In this document: in pieces, positions 1 to 7,187 of the stretch
How the letters are laid out: each line of letters starts with the position of its first letter
Position numbering within the stretch: the stretch's first letter is position 1
Assembly: GCA_965227295.1 (NCBI GenBank)
Contig: OZ245742.1
Location: forward strand, 4,448,001 to 4,512,000
Reading direction: 5' to 3'
Source of the DNA: Leptonemataceae bacterium
Lineage (GTDB): Bacteria > Spirochaetota > Leptospiria > Leptospirales > Leptonemataceae
DNA length: 64,000 nt
Made by a program: the position numbers and the translations under genes
The notes under the pieces: generated by a model
What the model was told of the DNA's origin: nothing
What the model saw: only the letters and a program-made list of their open reading frames with translations
Database searches by the model: none

Positions 1-655
1 TATCCGACATAAGCAGCGAGACTGGCTGCCCCGAGCTTCTCGCGCGCCGGAATTCTTCTTCCAGACGGGCCTTGAAGTAATCTTTAATATAGAGACCGGT
101 GGTACCGTCGACGGTGGCCATGGTATGCAGGCGCGCGTTCTCGATGGCGATCGCCGCCTGGTTCGCCATGGTCTGAAATATTTGCAGGTCGTCCTCGTTG
201 AAGCGGCGGCCGTCGTTTTTGTTCAGGACCTGGACCGTGCCCAGGCTGCGACGTTTTGCCAGGAGCGGCACGCACATCATCGTTTTAGTAACGAACCCGC
301 TCTCGGAGTCGGCGCGGCTCGAAAAACGCGGATCGGACGCGGCGTCGGTCACGAGGACCGGCTCGCCCTGCTTCGCCACCCACCCGGCAATGCCCTCGCC
401 CAGCTTCAGACGGATGTTGCGGATGGCCTCGCTCTTCTCGCCTTTGATGACGTGGAAGTAAAGTTCCTCGGCTTCTTCGTCGACCAGCATGAGACTGGAA
501 GCCTCGGCGTCGCAGAGTTCCTTCGCCTTTTCCATGAGCGAGTCGAGCACGACGTTAAGGTCGAGGCTCGACGACAGCAGCGCGTTGATTTCGAGAACCT
601 TGTACAGGCGCTCGTTTTCGTGACGCAGGCGCTCAATGTCGGTCGAATCCGGCAT
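1..655 (-). CDS. GAF-domain diguanylate cyclase (GAF-GGDEF), 3' end outside window
   Basis: Hand translation (absent from ORF track): MPDSTDIERLRHENERLYKVLEINALLSSSLDL...GEGIAGWVAKQGEP...MCVPL...QAAIAIENARLHTMATVDGTTGLYIKDYFKARLEEEFRRA...SLLMSD. This is a GAF domain followed by the typical start of a GGDEF domain; the GGDEF motif itself lies beyond the window edge. Confidence 0.85.
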   Translation of the reverse strand, partial: MPDSTDIERLRHENERLYKVLEINALLSSSLDLNVVLDSLMEKAKELCDAEASSLMLVDEEAEELYFHVIKGEKSEAIRNIRLKLGEGIAGWVAKQGEPVLVTDAASDPRFSSRADSESGFVTKTMMCVPLLAKRRSLGTVQVLNKNDGRRFNEDDLQIFQTMANQAAIAIENARLHTMATVDGTTGLYIKDYFKARLEEEFRRARSSGQPVSLLMSD

Positions 656-817
656 GGCTTCAGGTATCCGCACCCGGCGCTCGGGGGCAACTGCTTTTCC
701 GAACCATACTCCTGACGCAAACGGAAGAACCTGCACGCCCTGCACCGTAAGCAAAAAAATCGGATAAAACGGAAAACTCCTTTAAATTCCCGCTCCACAA
801 CTCCGTAATTTAAGAAT

Positions 818-1288
818 ATGGGCACGTTTGATAAAATGGATAATTTCACGGCGGACAGCCTGCAGAGCTTTCTGGGCCAGCCGCCAAAGCAGGGCATCCT
901 CGACCGCAATCCCGAGCCGCCGTTTTCCAGCCGCCTCGACTTTGAGGCTTCCAGCAAGCAGAACCCCGACGGACAGATTCCGCGCGCCCGCACCCAGCGC
1001 GCCGAGCGTATCTCCGAGGTCCTCCGCCAGGCCGGCACCCGTCCCGGTCGCCCCGACGCGCAGCCGGACGTCCATGCCCGCGCCGTTCCGCCGACGCCGC
1101 CCGTGCCCGAAGAAATTCCCGAATCAGCCCATCCCCGCGCCCACGACATGATCATCCGCAAGCATTTGTCGGAACTCGTACAACTGCTGATCAGCGAAGG
1201 CCGCTTCGACGATCTGGCACACATTCTGAAGGATCACCGCCGCTTCATCGACGAAATGCTGGCGCTGATTGAAAGAAACAGGCAGTAG
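818..1288 (+). CDS. hypothetical protein (Pro-rich middle, helical C-terminus)
   Basis: 156-aa ORF filling the gap between a divergent and a convergent gene, with an AT-rich upstream region. No recognisable motif. Confidence 0.65.
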   Translation: MGTFDKMDNFTADSLQSFLGQPPKQGILDRNPEPPFSSRLDFEASSKQNPDGQIPRARTQRAERISEVLRQAGTRPGRPDAQPDVHARAVPPTPPVPEEIPESAHPRAHDMIIRKHLSELVQLLISEGRFDDLAHILKDHRRFIDEMLALIERNRQ

Positions 1289-1298
1289 ACGTAGACGC

Positions 1299-3959
1299 CT
1301 ACAAACTCCGCTTTTCGATTTCGCGGTCTTTGAGTTCGAGAATCCTTTTCATGGCCGGGGTGACGGCCAGGCGGGCGAGGTTATCACGGAGTTCTTTCGC
1401 CTTCGTCAGGGATTCCGTGCTACCGGACTCCTCGTACTCCAGGAGATTCGTGGAGATTTGCCGGTCCAGGATGTTGATGCGCGCGAAGTCCTTGCGATAG
1501 TGCTGCCGGGCGATTTCCCAGATGTACTCTTTGGGCTCGACGCGAGCGCGACGTCCGTCGGGTAACTCCAGCTCATCGCCCGGGAAGACCCGATCCGGAT
1601 CACGCTTGCTGGCCGCCGTGCGCGTACCGAGTCGTGCAAAACCGTTGCGCCGCGCGAGAATGTTCGCATACGTGAGGACTTCTTCGTCCGCGGCCTCGAT
1701 GTCGTCCTCGCCGGGAACTCGTTGTTCTTCCTGAAAGTTACCCGGCCCGGCCAGTTCCACGGCCCGACGCTCGGCCGCGCTGTCTCCGCGAAGCGACAGC
1801 TCGTTCGTGAAGTCCGAGCTGGCCGATGACGTGGAGATCCAGAGCACGCCGACAACCAGGAGAACCGCAACGACACCGGCGACCGCCAGGGCCGCGGTCC
1901 GGCCGATGCCGGAGTCCGCCAGACGATCCATGATGCCGCCCCCGCCGCGATTGGCCGCCACGACGCGACCGGGATTGTCCCCCGGTAAAAACGACGGCCG
2001 CCCGGCCTTCGCCTTACGAAAGCCTTCGCCGCCGGATTTCGGTCGCGGTTCCCAGCTGCGGCGTTTGGACCAGTGATTGCCGGCGCTACTGCGATCTTCT
2101 TCTTCTTCGCGAGTGTTTACGATACCTATATCGTTGAGGAAACCCTGGAAACGTTTGCGATCTTCCAGGATACGCAGGCGCTCTTCGTAGATGCGCTCCA
2201 GAAATTCGATGCAGTTCCGGAAGCCGGGCGGATCCCCGGCCTTGTCGATGCCCTTTTCCCAGGTGCGGAGTTGCTTCGCGTACGCTTTGGGGTTCGCTTC
2301 CAGATCGGCGTAGGACGGCGGCATGCGAAGTTCCACCGGTTCGTGGTGGGCCTGGCCGACGAATTGCAGCGTCGTCCGCGGGGTAAACAGAATGTGAAAC
2401 TGAGCGTCCTGGGTCCTGAGTGCCAGCCATTCGCTGTAGCGAATGCTGCGCGGATGATAGCGCTTCTGCAGTTTTTCCAGCAGGCTGCGGTGATGTTCGG
2501 TGTATGCCTGGCGATAGACCGGCAGGTGCCGCACGTATTCAAAGAGCCGGCTGAGATTGTAGAGTTCGCGGATGTTTTCTTTCGGCAACGGACGTTCGAT
2601 AAAATCGTTCAGGGCGCGGCTTAAATTCCCTTCCGTAAGATCTAAGCCGAGGTGTAACATTAGAAAATCCCGCACGGTATCGGCCAGGGGCGTCTCCGCG
2701 AAGATGTTCATGACCGTCTCGGCCAGGGCCGCCGGTTCTTCGGCTTCGTGGAAGCGATACTCCGAACTGCGGACCAGGGGCGTGGCCCGCTCGCTCAGAC
2801 GAGCGTTTTGAAAACGTTTGTCGTCGAGATCGCCCTGCATCTGCAGGCAAAGTCGTCCCTGGGCGCCTTCCAGGTCCTGCTTCGAATGGACCACCTGAAA
2901 CTCCAGGTCGTGGGGCGGACGCAGAAAGTCGAAGCTGCGGTTCTGTTTGCCGCCGCCCAGGGGAAACAGGATCTGCACCATGCGATCGGCCTGGGGACCC
3001 ATGCGATACGTAAACACGCCGTGGGAGCCGGTCTTCGATACAAAGTAGCTGATCTGTTTTGCCAGGGGCAATGCGCTGCCGTCGCCGAACGTAAAGAGCT
3101 TTGCGGCGTTGTAGATTTTTTTGAGAACAGGAACGCGCTCTTCATACGCCGCGGCGATGTAGATGCCGGCGTTGCGTTTCTGATGGTTCATGCGACGCAG
3201 GAACTCGCCCAGCCCCGCGGAGAACGGCGTGTACGATACGGCCATCTCCACGCGTTCGTGATCGACTTCCTGTTCGAACAGCGCGTAGTGCGGGTCGATG
3301 CACGGATTCAGAAAAAGGCCGCGGCCGTCGAAGTTCCAGTAGATGCACGGACGGGTCGGCGTCGGCGAGTACTCCGGGCCGAAGTAGATGAAACCTTTGC
3401 CGTCCTCGCACTTCTTGTGCCGACGGCGCATGGCCCGGGCCATGAGATCGTACTCTTTGTCGATGTCGATGCGGCCGCGCATAGCCGCCTGATGATCGTA
3501 AACCTTCGAAGTGCCGACGTTTACGACGGCATTGCCGGTTTCAAAGAACGTCGTAGTGACGCGGTTCTTTTCGTGGGCCAGGCGTACGGGTTTGTACGGC
3601 ACCGCTTCCACCGGACGGTTGCCCTCCTCCAGTTCCCGCATGCCCGTGAAAGCGTAGATCTGCTGAACGCGATCCTTGCTGCCGACGTAGCGAATGCTTT
3701 CCTCGCCCTCGTCGATCGTCGCCTGGAGCCAGGCCGTTTCGAGGCCGATGTTGATGGGATCGTTTTCTACAAGCAGAACGTTTTCGATATGCCGGAGCAC
3801 GCCGCCGGGAACGGACTTGCCCGCACCGACGCGCATGAACGGCCGCATGTCCTCACTGTGGAGGCCGGTGTAGATCACGCTCGTATCGCGGTCGATCTGA
3901 AAAACGCGGTCACTGCCGCGCAGTTCTGCGATTACCTGTTGCTTTTTATTCGCCGCCAT
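1299..3959 (-). CDS. 886-aa bitopic membrane protein; large N-terminal region, C-terminal LysM-like (apparently permuted) domain
   Basis: Single TM segment ALAVAGVVAVLLVVGVLWI near aa 693-711. C-terminal ANILARRNG...DPDRVFPGDELELP followed by RVEPKEYIWEIARQHY resembles the two LysM halves in swapped order. Confidence 0.8.
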   Translation of the reverse strand: MAANKKQQVIAELRGSDRVFQIDRDTSVIYTGLHSEDMRPFMRVGAGKSVPGGVLRHIENVLLVENDPINIGLETAWLQATIDEGEESIRYVGSKDRVQQIYAFTGMRELEEGNRPVEAVPYKPVRLAHEKNRVTTTFFETGNAVVNVGTSKVYDHQAAMRGRIDIDKEYDLMARAMRRRHKKCEDGKGFIYFGPEYSPTPTRPCIYWNFDGRGLFLNPCIDPHYALFEQEVDHERVEMAVSYTPFSAGLGEFLRRMNHQKRNAGIYIAAAYEERVPVLKKIYNAAKLFTFGDGSALPLAKQISYFVSKTGSHGVFTYRMGPQADRMVQILFPLGGGKQNRSFDFLRPPHDLEFQVVHSKQDLEGAQGRLCLQMQGDLDDKRFQNARLSERATPLVRSSEYRFHEAEEPAALAETVMNIFAETPLADTVRDFLMLHLGLDLTEGNLSRALNDFIERPLPKENIRELYNLSRLFEYVRHLPVYRQAYTEHHRSLLEKLQKRYHPRSIRYSEWLALRTQDAQFHILFTPRTTLQFVGQAHHEPVELRMPPSYADLEANPKAYAKQLRTWEKGIDKAGDPPGFRNCIEFLERIYEERLRILEDRKRFQGFLNDIGIVNTREEEEDRSSAGNHWSKRRSWEPRPKSGGEGFRKAKAGRPSFLPGDNPGRVVAANRGGGGIMDRLADSGIGRTAALAVAGVVAVLLVVGVLWISTSSASSDFTNELSLRGDSAAERRAVELAGPGNFQEEQRVPGEDDIEAADEEVLTYANILARRNGFARLGTRTAASKRDPDRVFPGDELELPDGRRARVEPKEYIWEIARQHYRKDFARINILDRQISTNLLEYEESGSTESLTKAKELRDNLARLAVTPAMKRILELKDREIEKRSL

Positions 3960-5208
3960 CGTTGTACTCGAAGATGTAATTGCCTAACCGGAACGAATCA
4001 CCGCGGGAAATGAGCCCGTCTTCTTTTTGTTTGATGTACTTGAAGTGGGCCTCGTCCCTGCCCGCGGGCTTCAGAATCGACTCACCCTTCACTTTCTTCG
4101 CCTTGAGGTCCACGTTCTTCGGGAGTCCCATCTGACGAATTTTCAAATCCGCACCCAGCTTGCTGCCGATGGACATCTTGCTCTTGTCCAGCTTGTCCAA
4201 ATCGAAGGAAGACTTCACCGGCTGGCCGACGTCGGCTTCATAGTAAGTGAAAGCGCCGGCCACCTTGTGACGATTCATAAACCAGCGGATGAGTATGATC
4301 AGGACACCGAGGATGAACAAGACCAACAGGACGTTCCGAATGATCGGAGCCCAGGCCCCGTAGCGCGTCTTCCACTGGACCTCGTCGACATCCTCGCTGA
4401 CCTCGGTGAGGCCGATTTCGTCGGCGGCCGCGGCTGACTCGTCTTGCGCTTCGCCGTCGTCGGCCGTGGCAGCGGCAGCGGAATCGTCCGCGGTCTCAGC
4501 TTCAGTCGCGGCAGCGTCGCCGCTCTCTGAATCGCTGGCCGGGGCCGCTTGTTTCGGTTCCGCCGATTTCTTTTTGGCCGGCTCCACGGTCTTCACTTCC
4601 GGCGAGAGTTCCTCGAGTTTCGCTTCGAGGGCCGGGTCCTTGAGTTTACCCAGGCTCACGTAGTAGATGTATGCGTTTTGCACCGGTCGGTCCCGGGTTT
4701 CGGACGGGTCTTTCAGGTCTTCGATGTTAAGTTTTTGGTCCTTTAACTCAGCCGGCGGATCGTCGCGACCGTCGGACATGATTACCACAAAGACGTTGCG
4801 GTCCTGGCTTTCCAGGCGCTCCACTTCTTCGCGGACGGACCCGACCATGCCTTTCATGAACGTATGCCGGCCCTTCGCGGCCAGGGTCTCCACGGCGCTT
4901 ACGACCCGGGCTCGATCCTCGTCGCCGTTGATTTTGTAGGAGCCGACCCGGTAGGTCTCCGTATCGAAGTTCATGAGCGTGATGGTGTCGCCGTCGTCCA
5001 CGGAACGCAGGAAGGCATCCATGCTCTGCTTGACCTTGTCGATTTTGCTCGCGTCGCCTCCCGGTCGATAGGCCATGGAACCGGAGGTATCGATCACGAG
5101 AACATAATCTTTACCGCCGCCGAAAAGGCCGCAGCCCGTCGCGAACGAGAGCGCCAGGGCGGCGCTCAGCAGGAGTCGCGAAAAATTCTTAAGTGCAATG
5201 ATTCTCAT
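3946..5208 (-). CDS. VWA-domain lipoprotein with a C-terminal TM helix and FHA-like tail
   Basis: Lipobox-like FATGC after a hydrophobic leader; MIDAS VLVIDTSGSM and IMSDGRD; acidic/Ala linker; TM VLLVLFILGVLIILIRWF; tail ending ISRGDSFRLGNYIFEY. Start re-picked at MRIIALK. Confidence 0.85.
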   Translation of the reverse strand: MRIIALKNFSRLLLSAALALSFATGCGLFGGGKDYVLVIDTSGSMAYRPGGDASKIDKVKQSMDAFLRSVDDGDTITLMNFDTETYRVGSYKINGDEDRARVVSAVETLAAKGRHTFMKGMVGSVREEVERLESQDRNVFVVIMSDGRDDPPAELKDQKLNIEDLKDPSETRDRPVQNAYIYYVSLGKLKDPALEAKLEELSPEVKTVEPAKKKSAEPKQAAPASDSESGDAAATEAETADDSAAAATADDGEAQDESAAAADEIGLTEVSEDVDEVQWKTRYGAWAPIIRNVLLVLFILGVLIILIRWFMNRHKVAGAFTYYEADVGQPVKSSFDLDKLDKSKMSIGSKLGADLKIRQMGLPKNVDLKAKKVKGESILKPAGRDEAHFKYIKQKEDGLISRGDSFRLGNYIFEYNDGGE

Positions 5209-5313
5209 AGGAATGCTCGGTACCGTTTTCGAATTCAGGCCAAACTCACGAGACCACAAAAGAACGATGCGACGTAATGCAGCGAAGGAGACCAGGGCCG
5301 ACGACCGACCTGG

Positions 5314-6033
5314 TCAATACTCGTTGTATTCCTTGTTGTTCTTAATGTAGTCGCGTAAGTTTAAATTCAAAGCGCCGTCGCGGTCAAGATATTCCATGAG
5401 TAAAATGTAGAACCACATCATGGTATCCGGGCCGGTTTCCACGACCTTATACCCGCCGGCGATTTCCCAGTCCTTGATGATCAGGCCCTGGCCGAGAACG
5501 CAAATCAAGTCCGTCTCCATGTTGACCGGGATTTCTTTTTCCTGAGAGATTTCGATCAGGTTCTGCTTGTGAAAGAGGAGCGAATGCTCCGAATCGTAGG
5601 CGAAGAGCAGCGAGTACATCGGAACGACATCCAGTTCGCTGACTTCGCGCTCACCGGAGTGCAGGACCTTAAGCGCCCGGGTGAGGCTCGCGTGGGTGGC
5701 CAGGTTCGCCGCGGTCAGTCCGGCTTCGATCGTAATGAACGCGTTCAACGCGTCCGCGAGGACATAACCGCCTGTAAGGTCCAGGAACTTCGCGCACCAC
5801 TTGCGATAGATCAACACGTCGCAGTCGCGATTCAGCAGGTGCTTTTTGTTTCGCACCTTGCCCGTGGCCAGCGAGATTTCCGGCGGCAGGTGATCCTTCA
5901 GGAAGGTATAGAACTCCTGAAAAAGGTTCAGGTCTTTCTTTTTCTCGGGGAGTTTGACTCCCCGTTTCCCCAGCTTTTTAGCCAGGGCCTTTTCCAGGTC
6001 GGTGCTTTGGTTGGCGAAGTACTCCGAGAACAT
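5314..6033 (-). CDS. DUF6602-like protein (PD-(D/E)XK-like fold, probably inactive)
   Basis: FLKDHLP..SLATGKV...RDCDVLIY...LLFAYDS...DLICVLGQG is the pattern I associate with DUF6602 proteins. Confidence 0.6.
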   Translation of the reverse strand: MFSEYFANQSTDLEKALAKKLGKRGVKLPEKKKDLNLFQEFYTFLKDHLPPEISLATGKVRNKKHLLNRDCDVLIYRKWCAKFLDLTGGYVLADALNAFITIEAGLTAANLATHASLTRALKVLHSGEREVSELDVVPMYSLLFAYDSEHSLLFHKQNLIEISQEKEIPVNMETDLICVLGQGLIIKDWEIAGGYKVVETGPDTMMWFYILLMEYLDRDGALNLNLRDYIKNNKEYNEY

Positions 6034-6068
6034 TCTATTTTATGATCGGCGACTTTTCCCCTCGAACG

Positions 6069-7049
6069 TCAGAAAAGATTCAGGACTTTGTTTACGTCGT
6101 GCTTCAGAAAGCTCTCGAAGCGCGAGGAAGCGCCCTCGTGCAGGTATTTCTGTAGCTTGCTGACGCCCTTGATCTCCACGCCGGCCACCTGGAAGAAGAT
6201 GAGACCGCCGTGTTTCACCTTACCCCACTTAAACAGGGTGTTCAGGTCCTGAATGAGTTCGCCCTCGTGGTAGACGATGACCTGTGAAGTATTGTAGCGG
6301 GTCTCGTAGGACTCAATGATGTTCTTCCAGGCCTCCACGTTGCCGTTGTGGAAGAGTTCGTTGGTCACCTGCACCGAGTACTTCGGCGTCATGCGCTTCT
6401 TGCCGGCCGGCGCGGCCTGCTGGGCCGGACGCGCCGCGGGCTGCGGAGCGGCGGGCTTCGGGGCCGGCGCGGGAGCCGACTGCTGGCGCGGCGGCGGAGG
6501 GGGCGGCGGAGGCGGAGCCGCACGTTCGAACTCCGGATCGCTTTCCGGCGTCTTGCCGTCGAGCATGGCGAAGAAAGCCTCAAGGGCCTTTTCGGCCGTT
6601 TCCCGTTTGTTGTTCTTCGCCCGGGCATAGACGATCATGAGTTCGTTGACCTTCACGCCGTGCAGCGAGTCCCAGTGTTCCTGCTTCGCGGGATTTACCA
6701 GGTTCACGCCGGTGGTCGGGTGATAGTAAACCACGACCAGGTCGATACCGTTCCACTTCTTAAATTGCTCGGCGATCTTGCCGAGCGCCGCGTCGTCGAC
6801 GCTGGCCTTCAGGTTGGTGGAACGATACGGAAGATCGAGTTTGTTGATGAGGATGACGCTGAGGATCGGCGGGATCTGTTCGCGCTGGATGACGTTGTTC
6901 TCCAGCAGGTCGTTCAGCAGATCGGCGAGGTTTCCGCCTTTGCTTGCGGCTTCCACCAGGTTTGTAACGTTCACAATGTGACGCAACGTCTGGTTGAACG
7001 CCTCGCGGGTTCCGAGATTCGAAAGTTCTTTTCCGGTGCTGACTGCCAT
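6069..7049 (-). CDS. spirochaete-type hypothetical protein, two domains joined by a poly-Pro linker
   Basis: 326 aa; RBS GAGGAG upstream; C-terminal block TPKYSVQVTNELFHNGNVEAWKNIIESY...LFKWGKVKHG; directly downstream of cfpA. Confidence 0.85.
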   Translation of the reverse strand: MAVSTGKELSNLGTREAFNQTLRHIVNVTNLVEAASKGGNLADLLNDLLENNVIQREQIPPILSVILINKLDLPYRSTNLKASVDDAALGKIAEQFKKWNGIDLVVVYYHPTTGVNLVNPAKQEHWDSLHGVKVNELMIVYARAKNNKRETAEKALEAFFAMLDGKTPESDPEFERAAPPPPPPPPPRQQSAPAPAPKPAAPQPAARPAQQAAPAGKKRMTPKYSVQVTNELFHNGNVEAWKNIIESYETRYNTSQVIVYHEGELIQDLNTLFKWGKVKHGGLIFFQVAGVEIKGVSKLQKYLHEGASSRFESFLKHDVNKVLNLF

Positions 7050-7115
7050 GACTCCTCGCTTGCTCCCGGGGCCCGGGGCTGACCTATTCAGCCCCGGAGC
7101 ACGGGGAACTCAACG

Positions 7116-7153
7116 AAAAAACAAAAAACCCGCGATCCGAAGACCGCGGGTTT
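7116..7153 (-). terminator. intrinsic terminator after cfpA
   Basis: Minus strand AAACCCGCGGTC-TTCG-GATCGCGGGTTT followed by TTTGTTTTTT; C(UUCG)G tetraloop plus U-tract. Confidence 0.85.
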
Positions 7154-7187
7154 GCGGGGCCGTCGCCGGCCCCTTCGAAAACTCTTC

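Noticed and set aside
125..715. 196-aa plus-strand ORF and the many other long antisense ORFs (e.g. 2748-4013, 23257-24414, 44283-45458, 47537-48682)
   Set aside because: Shadow ORFs of high-GC genes on the opposite strand, with no motifs of their own.
783..809. TAAA-N15-TCCGTAAT as a sigma28 promoter; similarly TAAAG-N14-ACCGGCAA upstream of cfpA
   Set aside because: The -10 matches are too weak to call.
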